64,000 nucleotides of DNA, taken from positions 208,285 to 272,284 of the IMG/VR virus record IMGVR_UViG_3300032242_003291; one strand, written 5' to 3'. This document shows, in pieces, positions 44,454 to 55,663 of this stretch. A program made the position numbers and the translations under genes. Source of the DNA: a virus. Under the pieces are notes generated by a model. It searched no databases, had not been told where the DNA came from, and saw only the letters and a program-made list of their open reading frames with translations. Numbering within the stretch: position 1 is the first letter of the stretch; each line of letters begins with the position of its first letter.

Positions 44454-45458
44454 ATGGAATATTCTTGGGACGACATAGTAGAAAAATTCAATAATAATGA
44501 TTTAGACGTTGAAAAGTATTTTAACGATTATCAGACATTTTTTAGTATCTTGAAAAAAAGAGGGTTAATGAGTGAAGTTGACCCAAAAAATGGCACTTCT
44601 AGCGAATACTGGCAAAATGAATATCTATTATGGTTATATGAAAATGATAAAGAAAAGTATTACAAATGGATTCAAGAATTGTTGAACGATATTGTTATTG
44701 AAAATGGAATTGCATACTTAGAAGTAACAGATAGGTCTGAATTATCTAAATTGTTTTGTAAGAACAGTAGAGGTGATATCAGTCGTGATACCATCGAATC
44801 TATTTTGTCAGGGGAACGTGATTGGGAGCCTTACTACGATACAACGGATGATGTTTATGGAGACGTCATTGAAGAACTAACACCTGAAAATGATAAAAGA
44901 TTGTGTGAATACATTGTTGAAACTTTAAAAGGTCAACAAGTTATAGGTTTGAGTGAAGAATTAGAACAAATCGCATCAGAACAAGGTCATCCTGATTATG
45001 TCGAAGTTAACATGGAAAATGTTAAAAGAATAGTTGACGACAAAGAATCTATGATTGAACTTTTAGATAACCAACTACACGATTTGAAAAGTGAGTTGTA
45101 TTCAATCCATAGTAGTGCATATAACGACGCATATGAATCAGAGATTTGGGACGAGATATTTGATGAATTAAAAATTTATATAATAGGTTCAGGTGAATGG
45201 ATAACCAAATCACACCCTTATAAAAAAAATACAGAAATTCAATATTTTAAGGTACCTTTGGTAGACTTTGAATCAAATATAAACGATTACTTAATTAATA
45301 ATAAAGGTTACGGTCAATCGGGGACGTTGGAGTATCACGGTAGTTACATCGATATCATGGCTGAAGATAGAGATTGTTTAAGTATAAGAGTACCTGATTA
45401 TCCTGATTCAAGGAAAGTTGATAAAAATATTAATTTATACTTCAAAGATTATATTTAA
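44454..45458 (+). CDS. Acidic hypothetical protein.
   Basis: ORF track. Confidence 0.45.
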   Translation: MEYSWDDIVEKFNNNDLDVEKYFNDYQTFFSILKKRGLMSEVDPKNGTSSEYWQNEYLLWLYENDKEKYYKWIQELLNDIVIENGIAYLEVTDRSELSKLFCKNSRGDISRDTIESILSGERDWEPYYDTTDDVYGDVIEELTPENDKRLCEYIVETLKGQQVIGLSEELEQIASEQGHPDYVEVNMENVKRIVDDKESMIELLDNQLHDLKSELYSIHSSAYNDAYESEIWDEIFDELKIYIIGSGEWITKSHPYKKNTEIQYFKVPLVDFESNINDYLINNKGYGQSGTLEYHGSYIDIMAEDRDCLSIRVPDYPDSRKVDKNINLYFKDYI

Positions 45459-46246
45459 TGAAAATTGAACAAATGATACATAAAGTTTTAGAGGAACAAA
45501 GAGGTTTTACCCCACACAAAAATCCTCCTAAGAACATCAAGAATATTCTATCTCAGATTGAATTGTTTGAAATGTATCCAAAGATTTTTGCCCTTGTGAT
45601 TAAAGATGATAAGTTAAGAGCCAGAGTATTCATGCGTTACCAAGAGTTCTACGAATCGGACTCTGATTCATTCAGAGGTAAAGGATTCAAATGGTATGAC
45701 TACGTTAAATTCTATAAAGAAAAGACAAAGAAAGATTACTTCTCATATCACGAAGATTGGGCAGGATATAATATTCCATGTACTTCTATTGAGTCATGTA
45801 TGGCTGTTATCCCCGACCTTAACTTCTATGATTTAATAATGTTCAGTGTTGTTGATACAATCAGAGAACAAGTTGGTAGTGAAAACTTTTATTTAATTGG
45901 TATTGACCAATCAACAGGAGAAGACCCATCACTTATATTCCATGAGGTTGCTCACGGATTATGGTTTTCATCCGCAGTATACAAAGCAAAACAATCTAAG
46001 AACATAGAAAGATTAAAACCTTTTGTTAGAGATGCAGTTGCGAAAAAGATTACTGGTATGGGTTATGGTGAAAACGTTGTGGATGATGAGATTCAAGCAT
46101 ATTTATCTACAGGTATTGGTGATAACATGACAAGAATAAAAGATATCAAACAAGCCCAAATTCCATTCAAAGAAACATTTGATTCTTATGCTGGTAAAAT
46201 AAAACCAAAAAAGATTCAAATTGATTGGAGTACTGACTTAGACTAA
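45458..46246 (+). CDS. HExxH zinc-metallopeptidase-like protein. N-terminus MKIEQMIHKVLEEQRG (L-E-E).
   Basis: IFHEVAHGLWF. Confidence 0.45.
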   Translation: MKIEQMIHKVLEEQRGFTPHKNPPKNIKNILSQIELFEMYPKIFALVIKDDKLRARVFMRYQEFYESDSDSFRGKGFKWYDYVKFYKEKTKKDYFSYHEDWAGYNIPCTSIESCMAVIPDLNFYDLIMFSVVDTIREQVGSENFYLIGIDQSTGEDPSLIFHEVAHGLWFSSAVYKAKQSKNIERLKPFVRDAVAKKITGMGYGENVVDDEIQAYLSTGIGDNMTRIKDIKQAQIPFKETFDSYAGKIKPKKIQIDWSTDLD

Positions 46247-47100
46247 TGATTAAATTTATTAACATATTAGAAAACGTTATATCAGAACAAAAGAAATATC
46301 AATTTCATCCTGAAGTACTTCAGAAGTTAAAAGATATTACAAATAGACTTTGGAATGATAGAAAAAAGAAATACAAAGGGAGAACATTAGTCGACTCTTT
46401 AATATTTCACGTTGCTGATGGTACTGAAGGTTTAGTTAAGTTTTATGTAAATCCTGATTTACCATACATTGGTTTCATGGATACTGAACCAAAAAAATCT
46501 ACAAATCCTAAAGATATATACATTGATGTTAATCCTAAAAACTACGAAAGTAAAAAGAATTTATATCTCACACTATATCATGAAATGATTCATGCGTCAG
46601 ACCCTAATTTGTCAACCAAGATGACTAAAAAATACATGTCAACTTATGATGAGAATAGTGATGAAAAGTATTGGGGTCATCCAATTGAATTCTTTGCAAT
46701 AACTAACGAATTTTTGGAAGGCTTGATAAATGAATTCCAACTAAGAGTGTTCAGATTAAGAAATGTTGAAAATAAAAAAGCACTAATCAAATCATTTAAT
46801 AACATATTAAATTATTTTTCAAAAGGTGAAAAGTTATCAAGATTATCTTTGAATATTTTGGACAGAATAAATGATACTGGTGTAGTTGAAGATAAATTCA
46901 AAAGAGTTTTTTCAGATATTTCAGTTGAAAGTCCAATTTCTTCTGAATTAGTTAAGTCTGAAGATGAAGAACCATATTATTTAACATATATTAATTTAAT
47001 CAAAAAATACAATCCGAAAATTTGGACAAGGTTTTTAACGATGTTATATAAAGCAAAGGAAGATGTTGAAGATGTGATAAATAAAAAGGGACTTAAATAA
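46246..47100 (+). CDS. HExxH zinc-metallopeptidase-like protein. N-terminus [17 protein letters not shown] (I-S-E).
   Basis: [12 protein letters not shown]. Confidence 0.45.
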   Translation: MIKFINILENVISEQKKYQFHPEVLQKLKDITNRLWNDRKKKYKGRTLVDSLIFHVADGTEGLVKFYVNPDLPYIGFMDTEPKKSTNPKDIYIDVNPKNYESKKNLYLTLYHEMIHASDPNLSTKMTKKYMSTYDENSDEKYWGHPIEFFAITNEFLEGLINEFQLRVFRLRNVENKKALIKSFNNILNYFSKGEKLSRLSLNILDRINDTGVVEDKFKRVFSDISVESPISSELVKSEDEEPYYLTYINLIKKYNPKIWTRFLTMLYKAKEDVEDVINKKGLK

Positions 47101-47118
47101 GTCCCTTTTCTTTTGCTA
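47088..47118. terminator. Bidirectional terminator hairpin (gggactt-aaat-aagtccc) between convergent genes.
   Basis: Followed by TTTTCTTTTG on the plus strand. Confidence 0.5.
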
Positions 47119-48916
47119 TTAATTCCAATTTGTCTAATTTGTTTTGACTAACTTCAAGAATAACCGATTGTTCTTTTATTGCTTCAATACATAATGCAAC
47201 AATATCTTGATATTTAACTCTTAAAATTTCAGGTTCTTCACCCATTACTACTTCGGGTAATGCGATTTTAAGCTCTTGAGCGATAAACCCTATGTCTCTT
47301 CTTTCATTATTTCCACCTGCTCCGTTTTTCCAAAAGAAACTAACCCCTCTAATTTTTTTAATTGTATTAATTGAATCTTTTATTATTTGGATATCTTTCT
47401 TAAACCTTTGGTCTGATGGACCTGGAGGACCCGTTGGTCCTGTTGGTCCTGGCGCTCCTGTATCACCTGGTGCGCCTCCAGGTCCTGTCGGTCCTGTAGG
47501 TCCTTGAGGACCTTGTGGACCTGTATATCCTGTTGGTCCTCTACCTCCTTGTGGACCTGTTGGTCCTTGTGGTCCTGTTGGTCCTGTTGGACCTGGTGCA
47601 CCACCACCACCTTGGCTTCCTTGAGCTCCTGTAGCACCTCCACCTCCTTGAGCACCCTGAGCACCTCCAGGTCCTGTTGGTCCTGTTGCACCTTGTGGTC
47701 CTCTTGGTCCCTGTGGCCCCGTTGCCCCTTGGGCTCCTTGACCTCCTGTTCCTCCTTGGGCTCCCTGAGCTCCTTGAGCTCCACCAGCTCCTTGAGCTCC
47801 CTGAGCTCCTACGGGTGATGGTCCTGGTATTCCTGTTGCACCTTGAGCACCTTGAGCTCCTGTAGCACCTCCACCTCCTTGTGCACCTTGTGCACCTTGG
47901 CTTCCTCCAGGACCTTGTGCACCTTGGTTTCCTCCAGGACCTTGAGCTCCTTGCGCACCTTGTCCTCCTGTAGCACCTTGGGCTCCTGTTGAACCTCCGC
48001 CTCCTTGTGCACCTTGCGCACCCTGTCCTCCTGTTGCTCCTTGAGCCCCTTGTGGTCCTTGGACTAAAATTCCTGTTGGTCCTTGAGCACCTGTAGCACC
48101 TTGTGGACCTGTAGCTCCTTGAGCACCTGTGATTCCCTGAGCTCCTTGAAACCCTTGTGCTCCTTGACCTCCTTGAGCACCTACTGAACCTAAACTTCCT
48201 TGAGCACCTTGTCCTCCTGTAGTTCCTTGAGCACCTTGTGGTCCAGCATTTCCTTGAGCACCTTGAAATCCTTGGGCTCCGATTGCACCTTGTGAACCTG
48301 TTGCTCCCTGTCCTCCCTGAGCCCCTTGGGCACCTTGTCCTCCTGTTGAACCCGCACCCCCCTGTGCACCTTGTCCTCCTTGAGCACCTTGAGCTCCTTG
48401 TCCTCCTGTCGGTCCTTGAGCACCTTGTGCTCCTGAAGCACCTTGAGCACCCTGAGCGCCTTGTCCTCCCTGAGCACCCTGAGCGCCCGTTGCTCCTCCT
48501 CCTCCTTGAGCACCCTGAGCACCTTGTCCTCCTTGAGCACCCTGAGTTGTACTGTTAGCTCCTTGTGCTCCCGCAGTTCCTTGGGCTCCTTGCGCACCTT
48601 GGATTCCCTGAGCTCCTTGAGCTCCTTGAGCACCTTGAGCCCCTGTTGGTCCTGATGGTCCTGCTGGTTGAGCACTTCCTTTCCAACCTGTACTATCTAT
48701 TAAAGTTCCAAATGAATTAATTAAAGATGTACCTAATCTTAAGTCAGCATTCGAAACTGCTATTGTTGGTTGAGTCGAATTAAATGCTATATAGGTTGTT
48801 GCACCTCTTTTGAATTTAATTGAACCAGATTCAATGACCATTGTTGTTACTGTACTCGCAGTATCACTAAAATCAATTTTGCCCGACCCTGGGGTTATAA
48901 TTATATCTTCAGCCAC
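47093..48916 (-). CDS. Collagen-like (Gly-X-Y) tail-fibre protein with a C-terminal intramolecular-chaperone/auto-processing (peptidase S74-like) domain.
   Basis: N-terminus [12 protein letters not shown]. About 400 aa of GAQ/GPT/GGQ triplets. C-terminus [15 protein letters not shown]...GVSFFWKNG matches the S74 SDxRxKxxI...GV.F.W signature. Confidence 0.7.
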   Translation of the reverse strand: MAEDIIITPGSGKIDFSDTASTVTTMVIESGSIKFKRGATTYIAFNSTQPTIAVSNADLRLGTSLINSFGTLIDSTGWKGSAQPAGPSGPTGAQGAQGAQGAQGIQGAQGAQGTAGAQGANSTTQGAQGGQGAQGAQGGGGATGAQGAQGGQGAQGAQGASGAQGAQGPTGGQGAQGAQGGQGAQGGAGSTGGQGAQGAQGGQGATGSQGAIGAQGFQGAQGNAGPQGAQGTTGGQGAQGSLGSVGAQGGQGAQGFQGAQGITGAQGATGPQGATGAQGPTGILVQGPQGAQGATGGQGAQGAQGGGGSTGAQGATGGQGAQGAQGPGGNQGAQGPGGSQGAQGAQGGGGATGAQGAQGATGIPGPSPVGAQGAQGAGGAQGAQGAQGGTGGQGAQGATGPQGPRGPQGATGPTGPGGAQGAQGGGGATGAQGSQGGGGAPGPTGPTGPQGPTGPQGGRGPTGYTGPQGPQGPTGPTGPGGAPGDTGAPGPTGPTGPPGPSDQRFKKDIQIIKDSINTIKKIRGVSFFWKNGAGGNNERRDIGFIAQELKIALPEVVMGEEPEILRVKYQDIVALCIEAIKEQSVILEVSQNKLDKLELIAKEKGLI

Positions 48917-50795
48917 CTATTAACTCTTTTAGTTTGTTTATTCTTTGATAGATAGAATCAATTATTTTTTGTTGTTCTTGTATTGAACCAATACCCAAAC
49001 TAACCATCGCACCATATTCTACGGATTTGTATCCGTCTTCATCAGTAAATACTAATTCGGGAACTATATTTTCAACTTGTTGAGCAATAACACCAATAGC
49101 ATTACCTTGAAAGGCTTCAGGTACTTCAATATTTTTGTCATTTATAATTTTCGGATGATTATAATCCCAAACGAAACTAACTCCTTCTATTTGTTTTGTT
49201 TTGCCGTAAACATCAGACAAAGGTTTAATATTATCTTTTAATCTTCTATCTGATGGAGGGCCTTGTGGTCCTTGAGGTCCTGTTGGTCCTTGAGCACCTT
49301 GGGCACCTTGTCCTCCCATACCACCCTGTGGTCCTGTAGGTCCTACGTTTCCTTGAGGTCCTGTGTATCCGTATGGTCCTTGTGGTCCTGTGGCACCTTG
49401 TGGTCCTGTGGCACCTTGAGGTCCTGTTGGTCCTCCAACACCTTGAGCACCTGTTGCTCCTCCACCACCCTGAGAACCTTGCGCACCTGTTGCTCCTCCA
49501 CCACCTGTCGCTCCTTGAGCTCCTTGGAATCCTTGAGCACCTCCTGGTCCTCCTGGCCCTTGAGCACCTTGTGGACCACCTGGTCCTGTGGCACCCGTCG
49601 CACCTGCAGTTCCACTTGCTGCCCCTTGAGCTCCTTGAGCTCCTTGACCTCCAGTTCCACCTTGAGGTCCCGTAGGTCCTTGAGCACCTGTTGCTCCTCC
49701 TCCACCTGCGGTTCCTTGAGCTCCTTGAGCTCCAGTTGTGGCACTTGCAGCACCTTGAGCACCTGTTGGTCCCTGAGAACCTTGAGCACCTTGAGCACCT
49801 GTTGTTCCACCCTGAGCACCTTGAGCACCAGTACCTCCTTGAGCGCCTTGGGCACCTTGAGCACCTGTTGTTCCACCTTGTGCTCCTTGAGCTCCTGTGG
49901 CACCTTGAGGACCTAATCCTCCTTGAGCCCCTGTGGCACCTTGAGCACCTGTTGAACCTTGAGCACCTTGAGCACCTGTTGAACCTTGAGCACCTTGTAC
50001 ACCACCTTGAGCTCCTTGAGCTCCTTGAGCACCTTGTGGACCTTGTGGGCCTTGAGCACCTTGAGTAAGTCCTTGAGCTCCTTGAGCACCTGTAGCTCCT
50101 TGAAAACCCTGAGCTCCTTGAGCTCCTGTTACCACACTTGCACTTCCTTGAGCTCCTTGGGCTCCTGTATTCCCTGTGGCTCCCTGAGCTCCAGTTGTCA
50201 CACCTTGAGCCCCTTGTGCTCCCTGAGCTCCCGTATTTCCTGTAGCTCCTTGAGCCCCTGTATTAGCACCTTGTGCACCTTGAGCACCTGTTGAGCCTTG
50301 AGCCCCTGTATTACCTTGAGCCCCTGTGTTGGCACCTTGTGCACCTTGGGCACCTGTCGAACCTTGAGCACCTGTTGCCCCTTGAGCACCTGTCGCCCCT
50401 TGAGCACCTGTTGTACCTATAGTACCTTGAGCCCCTGCTGAACCTTGAGCCCCTGTAGGACCTGTGTTACCTGGAGCTCCTGTTGCTCCTTGAGCACCTT
50501 GACCACCTTGTGCACCTGCGGAGCCTTGAGCACCTGCTATACCTGATGTGGGTCCAACCCAAACTCCTGTATTATCAATCATCTTAAGACCACCAACATA
50601 TAAATTACCTGTTACTGAAGTTCCACTTGAAACCATAGTATCTGTAATTGTTGATGAACTTGTGTTAGTTGAAGATGAAAAAACAATTTGACCATTTTGT
50701 ACATCTATTGCCATCAAATTTGTTCCGTCATTAAACAACGCGTAAGGGTCAGTAATAGTTCCTTTACCTTGTGGATATATAATTACATTAGCCAT
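48909..50795 (-). CDS. Collagen-like tail-fibre protein with a C-terminal S74-like chaperone domain.
   Basis: N-terminus [12 protein letters not shown]. Gly-X-Y repeats. C-terminus [34 protein letters not shown]. Confidence 0.7.
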   Translation of the reverse strand: MANVIIYPQGKGTITDPYALFNDGTNLMAIDVQNGQIVFSSSTNTSSSTITDTMVSSGTSVTGNLYVGGLKMIDNTGVWVGPTSGIAGAQGSAGAQGGQGAQGATGAPGNTGPTGAQGSAGAQGTIGTTGAQGATGAQGATGAQGSTGAQGAQGANTGAQGNTGAQGSTGAQGAQGANTGAQGATGNTGAQGAQGAQGVTTGAQGATGNTGAQGAQGSASVVTGAQGAQGFQGATGAQGAQGLTQGAQGPQGPQGAQGAQGAQGGVQGAQGSTGAQGAQGSTGAQGATGAQGGLGPQGATGAQGAQGGTTGAQGAQGAQGGTGAQGAQGGTTGAQGAQGSQGPTGAQGAASATTGAQGAQGTAGGGGATGAQGPTGPQGGTGGQGAQGAQGAASGTAGATGATGPGGPQGAQGPGGPGGAQGFQGAQGATGGGGATGAQGSQGGGGATGAQGVGGPTGPQGATGPQGATGPQGPYGYTGPQGNVGPTGPQGGMGGQGAQGAQGPTGPQGPQGPPSDRRLKDNIKPLSDVYGKTKQIEGVSFVWDYNHPKIINDKNIEVPEAFQGNAIGVIAQQVENIVPELVFTDEDGYKSVEYGAMVSLGIGSIQEQQKIIDSIYQRINKLKELIGG

Positions 50796-53700
50796 TAATT
50801 CAATTTATTTTCTAAGTCTTTTAATTGTTCTTCGATGTCTTCAATAAATACTTGTTGTTCTTTTATACCTTCAACTAAAACCGCATTTAATTTAGCATAC
50901 TCAACTTTATAATATCCATCTTCCGTAGTTTGTATTACTTCAGGGTAATATTCTCTAACGTTTTGTGCAATTAATCCAATTGAGTGTAATCTATCTTGTT
51001 TTTGATAATAAACGTATTGACTTGGATTTAATTTTTCGTTCCAATCAAATTCAACAACATCAAACTTCAATATAGATTTCAATGTATCAGGAATTGTTTC
51101 AATTCCTTGTTTTAATCTTCTATCTGAACAAAATCCCTGTGCAGACCAATAACTTCGATTATCTAAGTAACCGTAAACACCACAGATTTTAACGTAATTA
51201 TTTTCAATTCCTGTACCCGAGTTATTAAATGTTTGACATGCATAGTACGTAGGATATAAAAGTCCATATCCTCTTGATGAAATATTACATGCATAGTCAT
51301 TTCCAAAAACTAAACCACCATTACCATAATAACAAGCATAGCTTATAGAAGGTCCCCATTCGATACTAAGACTATAACAAGTTTGATATGCTGATGGACC
51401 TGTCGGACCTGCTGGACCTGATGGGCCTTGAGCTCCTTGCGCTCCTTGATAACCAGTAGGTCCTGTATATCCGTATGGTCCTGGAGGGCCGTAGGGTCCT
51501 GTTGGTCCTTGTGGCCCTGTTGGTCCTGTTGGTCCTGTACCACCTTGAGGTCCTTGTGGTCCAGTACCTCCCTGTGCCCCTGTTGCACCTCCACCACCTT
51601 GTGACCCTTGTGCACCTGTCGCACCTTGTGGGCCTGTTGGACCTGTCGGTCCCGTGGCTCCTTGTGCTCCTGTGGCACCACCTCCTCCTGTGCTACCTTG
51701 AGCTCCTTGAGCTCCTGTTGGACCTCCTGGACCTGTTGGACCTGTGGGTCCACGAGAACCTTGACCTCCTGGTGCTCCTGTTGAACCTTGTGGTCCCGCC
51801 GCGCCTCCACCTCCTTGAGCTCCTTGAGCTCCTTGTCCTCCTTGTGCTCCTGTATTACCTGTGGCTCCTTGTGGACCTCTTGTTCCTGTAGCACCTGGTG
51901 AACCTTGAGCTCCTGTGGCACCTCCCGCTCCTTGTGGACCAACATTACCCGTATTTCCTTGTGCACCTTGGTTCCCTGTACCACCCGTAGCACCTGTTGG
52001 ACCTCTAAAACCTACAGCTCCTTGTGCCCCTGTTGGTCCTACTGGACCTTGAGCACCTTGTGGTCCTGTGGCTCCTTGTGCCCCTGTATTACCTTGAGCC
52101 CCTTGTGGACCTTGAGCACCTTGTGGGCCTGAAGCTCCTTGTGCACCTGTAGGTCCTTGTGCCCCTGTACTACCTTGAGCCCCTTGTGGTCCTACAAAAC
52201 CTGTATTACCTTGTGCACCTATATTACCTTGAGCTCCTTGTCCACCTGTTGGTCCACGTGAACCTTGTGCTCCTTGTCCTCCTTGAGCTCCTGTATCCCC
52301 TCCCGTTCCTGTTGGACCTACAGCACCTGTGGCACCTCCCAAACCTTGTGAACCATTTGCTCCCGTCGCACCTTGTGGTCCTGGTGCACCTGTTTTTTTT
52401 ATGATTAAGTTGTAGTTATTACCAATAGTTAGAGAACCAACAAAAGAATCATTAGTAAGTATAGCATAAAATGTACCAAAATCAGTTACACTTGTAATTA
52501 AAGTATTTATCCAACCATTAGTACCATCAGTATATGTAAGTGAATCACCAACATAAGGTAAAGCTAATGTATTTCCATTAAAATCAGTTTTGTTTACATT
52601 TGCTCTTTTTGCTAATGATTTATATAATTGTCCTGCGTCATTCGAAAAAGCATATTGATACGGGTTTGTATTACCTGCATAACCTTGAGCCCCTTGACCT
52701 CCTTGCGACCCTGTATTACCTGTGCTACCTTGGGAGCCTGTTGCACCTTGAGCACCTGTATTACCTTGAGCACCTGTATTACCTTGAGCCCCTTGTCCTC
52801 CTTGTGCTCCTGTTGTACCAACAGCTCCTTGAGCTCCTGTTGTACCTTGTGTACCTTGCGGTCCTTTATATCCAACACATTTACCTACACAACTTGTATA
52901 TGCATATCCTGTTGGACAAGTGTATCCTGATGAAATATATATTCCATTTACGTTTTGAACAACTTCTGCACTTGTTTTACCACTTGATGATGAAATAATA
53001 TTCAATTGGGAAACACTTGTAGCTGCCGTTAATTGGGCTAATGTATTATCATAAACTTCATATCCAAAACCTTGGATTGAACCTTCGTTCAGTCCATAAA
53101 GTTCTAAAGTATGATTTCCCCCAGACAAAGTAATTGGATAGACGTTCCAATATTTGAATGTATTAGGACTTCCTGAAGTTGAAGGGGTATATGTATTTAC
53201 AACATCTGTTGAATCTAATCTAAGTCTGTATTCGTTGTCCGCACCAACACCAATATAGTAGGTTTTACCAGCAGTTATTCCTGACAAACATGTAGAATAA
53301 CCATACCAATAATAATCTTGTACTGTTGAACCTGATTTACCAGACCTATTTAATGGTCCGTCAAGTCCACTTGGTTGAGTTCTTCTCCAAACACCAGCAT
53401 TTAATGACGTTGCTTGAACAGTACCAGAACCATCAGTGGCATATCCTGAAGCGAAAAATCTTGTTCCAAAATCACTATATTCAATAGCGGCCGTATTTGT
53501 TAATGAAACCGTAAAGGCTGGTGGTGTTGGGTCTATAATGTTACCTGTGTATCCTTGTGCACCTGCAGCACCTTGTGCACCTGAAATATTTGTGGTTGGT
53601 CCAACCCAACTTGATGTTGCGTTTATGACTTGAGTTCCGTTAACTCCAAAGTAACCTGTGACATTTAATGAACTACCAATTGATATAATTGCGTTACTTG

Positions 53701-53866
53701 GCTGAATTGATAATACACTACTTTGTGTGGTCGAACTAAATTGTACTGTCGCACCTGATAAAACTTGTAAAGTAAGAGTTCCTGTATTAGTAAAATTGAT
53801 GTAAGGTATACGTGTTGCCAACCTTGATACCGCATTACTCGGATAGATTATTATATTTTTAGCCAT
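50795..53866 (-). CDS. Large collagen-like tail-fibre protein (1023 aa) with a globular beta-rich middle domain and a C-terminal S74-like chaperone domain.
   Basis: N-terminus [13 protein letters not shown]. Two Gly-X-Y blocks. C-terminus [31 protein letters not shown]. Confidence 0.7.
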   Translation of the reverse strand: MAKNIIIYPSNAVSRLATRIPYINFTNTGTLTLQVLSGATVQFSSTTQSSVLSIQPSNAIISIGSSLNVTGYFGVNGTQVINATSSWVGPTTNISGAQGAAGAQGYTGNIIDPTPPAFTVSLTNTAAIEYSDFGTRFFASGYATDGSGTVQATSLNAGVWRRTQPSGLDGPLNRSGKSGSTVQDYYWYGYSTCLSGITAGKTYYIGVGADNEYRLRLDSTDVVNTYTPSTSGSPNTFKYWNVYPITLSGGNHTLELYGLNEGSIQGFGYEVYDNTLAQLTAATSVSQLNIISSSSGKTSAEVVQNVNGIYISSGYTCPTGYAYTSCVGKCVGYKGPQGTQGTTGAQGAVGTTGAQGGQGAQGNTGAQGNTGAQGATGSQGSTGNTGSQGGQGAQGYAGNTNPYQYAFSNDAGQLYKSLAKRANVNKTDFNGNTLALPYVGDSLTYTDGTNGWINTLITSVTDFGTFYAILTNDSFVGSLTIGNNYNLIIKKTGAPGPQGATGANGSQGLGGATGAVGPTGTGGDTGAQGGQGAQGSRGPTGGQGAQGNIGAQGNTGFVGPQGAQGSTGAQGPTGAQGASGPQGAQGPQGAQGNTGAQGATGPQGAQGPVGPTGAQGAVGFRGPTGATGGTGNQGAQGNTGNVGPQGAGGATGAQGSPGATGTRGPQGATGNTGAQGGQGAQGAQGGGGAAGPQGSTGAPGGQGSRGPTGPTGPGGPTGAQGAQGSTGGGGATGAQGATGPTGPTGPQGATGAQGSQGGGGATGAQGGTGPQGPQGGTGPTGPTGPQGPTGPYGPPGPYGYTGPTGYQGAQGAQGPSGPAGPTGPSAYQTCYSLSIEWGPSISYACYYGNGGLVFGNDYACNISSRGYGLLYPTYYACQTFNNSGTGIENNYVKICGVYGYLDNRSYWSAQGFCSDRRLKQGIETIPDTLKSILKFDVVEFDWNEKLNPSQYVYYQKQDRLHSIGLIAQNVREYYPEVIQTTEDGYYKVEYAKLNAVLVEGIKEQQVFIEDIEEQLKDLENKLN

Positions 53867-53983
53867 GAACTAGTTTTCTATTATCCTATAAATACAACGA
53901 AATTTATTATTAGTGGAATATTTCATTCCTTTTTATTTTTAATTTTACTATAATTTAGCCTACAATAAACACATATTAATATT

Positions 53984-54721
53984 ATGACAATAAAGAAACC
54001 TTGTAGTAGAATTTTTTTAGTGAACTTATTTGCAGACTTTATATTATCAAAAATCCCTATTACTGAAAACTCAATTATAAATGTAGTAGACTGCAAAAAC
54101 TTTTTTGTTGTGAAAGGAAAAACTTCATCAAAAGATTTATTAAATTTATCTGAAATTATCACAGAATTTTCGAGTAAGTTTTCAAATTATATTATAGAAA
54201 ATAAAATTACACATACAATTGATTTAATCGAATACGACCAAGAATTAAATCCATACAAAAATTCAACTTTTACATATTACAATAGTGACAATTGTTCTTA
54301 CCATTACGAACAAATCAGTGCGTACAAACAAAAAGAATCATCATATGAGTATATTCATTTTCTAAATGAAATTAATGATGAGGAATTTATTACACAATCA
54401 GAATTCCCACATGGGTACTCATTGGGACAAGGGAGATTATTATATTACTATGGTAAACATATAATGTATAATATTCCTTCAAATTATCCCGTTACTTATT
54501 TAACTTTCAATTTATCAACTGAAAAGAATGAGGATGGTGAACAATTATTTTCTATCGATAAAAATGAGGAATTAACTTCTGCAGTATTAGATGTTTTTGA
54601 TTTTGATATGAGTTGGTTAGAAACAGAAATGAAAAAAGTGGATTGGTCTGTTGAACTTACCAACCCACTTCAGGATTATGATTTCTTAAAAAGAATTATT
54701 GACGGATTTATTATTATATAA
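53984..54721 (+). CDS. Hypothetical protein.
   Basis: ORF track. Divergent from the fibre genes. Confidence 0.4.
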   Translation: MTIKKPCSRIFLVNLFADFILSKIPITENSIINVVDCKNFFVVKGKTSSKDLLNLSEIITEFSSKFSNYIIENKITHTIDLIEYDQELNPYKNSTFTYYNSDNCSYHYEQISAYKQKESSYEYIHFLNEINDEEFITQSEFPHGYSLGQGRLLYYYGKHIMYNIPSNYPVTYLTFNLSTEKNEDGEQLFSIDKNEELTSAVLDVFDFDMSWLETEMKKVDWSVELTNPLQDYDFLKRIIDGFIII

Positions 54722-55013
54722 TTCCAACCTTTTTTCTATGATTATTAATGATATCAACAGCTTCGGTTAATTCCATATAATCTCTATCAGGAGCATACAA
54801 GAATGATTCATAGGTTTCACCCTCACCTTCAATCACTAATAAAGCAGGTATCATATCATTTTCAGTTATTTTAGAATACGTATCATATTCTTTTTCATGT
54901 TCGTGAATATCTCTATCAAAAAACTCAATTCCTTCTTTAACTAGCATTTCTTTGAATTGGTCACAAAAAGGACACCCTTTCATAGTATAGACAATAACGT
55001 TTAAGTCTTTCAT
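54714..55013 (-). CDS. Glutaredoxin-like protein (NrdC/NrdH-like).
   Basis: VIVYTMKGCPFCDQFKEML is a CPxC redox motif with glutaredoxin spacing. Confidence 0.6.
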   Translation of the reverse strand: MKDLNVIVYTMKGCPFCDQFKEMLVKEGIEFFDRDIHEHEKEYDTYSKITENDMIPALLVIEGEGETYESFLYAPDRDYMELTEAVDIINNHRKKVGII

Positions 55014-55014
55014 A

Positions 55015-55338
55015 TTAATCTAATAAGTTTAGCACTTCTCCTGGAGTCATCACACCTGGTCTTGAAAAAACCTCTTTACCCTCTTTGAAGATTTTTATAG
55101 TTGGTACACTTCTAATACCTAATTCATTGACAACGAATTCTTTATCAGTATCGATATCGTATTTGTAGATATTGTATTTTGGAGCACTTGTTGATTCTTT
55201 AATTAAAGTTTCATTAACCTTTGATAGGTTGTTTAACATTATTTTACAAGGTCCGCACCATGTCGCAAATAAATCTAATACAAAATCTTCCCCATTTTGC
55301 ATTTTTTCTTTAAGTTGGTCTGTTGTTAGTTGTTGCAT
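55015..55338 (-). CDS. trx: Thioredoxin.
   Basis: LDLFATWCGPCKIM has the canonical WCGPC active site. Protein is 107 aa. Confidence 0.7.
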   Translation of the reverse strand: MQQLTTDQLKEKMQNGEDFVLDLFATWCGPCKIMLNNLSKVNETLIKESTSAPKYNIYKYDIDTDKEFVVNELGIRSVPTIKIFKEGKEVFSRPGVMTPGEVLNLLD

Positions 55339-55663
55339 TTTTATATTGTTTTAATAATTGTGATAAGAACATGTACAATTCTGTGTACTGTTTTACGTTA
55401 TAATAAATAGTTAAATTTGAAATTATGTCTGAATGTGGAACTACTCTGAATTTAACGAATAAATAAAAGTTTTGTTGGCTTTCAAAAATTACTTCTTCAA
55501 ATTTTATAATACCACTTTCATTCATTGATGACTTTTCATAAACTCTCGTTAACTTTTTTTCGTTTAGATATTTCAAAAAATCCCCTTTTAATTCAGGTGC
55601 AACCATTACCGAGAAGATTCCTTCATTTGATTCTATGTTTTTTATATATTCTGGTTTATCCAT
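55310..55663 (-). CDS. Hypothetical protein.
   Basis: ORF track. Confidence 0.35.
   Translation of the reverse strand: MDKPEYIKNIESNEGIFSVMVAPELKGDFLKYLNEKKLTRVYEKSSMNESGIIKFEEVIFESQQNFYLFVKFRVVPHSDIISNLTIYYNVKQYTELYMFLSQLLKQYKNATTNNRPT

Noticed and set aside
44198-44491. Minus ORF of 97 aa spanning the intergenic terminator and the start of 44454..45458.
   Set aside because: Hydrophobic junk composition. It overlaps a plus-strand small ORF and terminator with better support.
47292-53000. About 20 ORFs of 60-217 aa on other frames and strands inside the collagen-like genes (for example 47383..47784, 48190..48675, 49263..49916, 51343..51993, 52600..52998).
   Set aside because: They are low-complexity translations (L/S/C/W- or KE/Q-rich) of the GC-biased Gly-X-Y repeat DNA. 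They lie fully within long fibre ORFs that have conserved N- and C-terminal domains.
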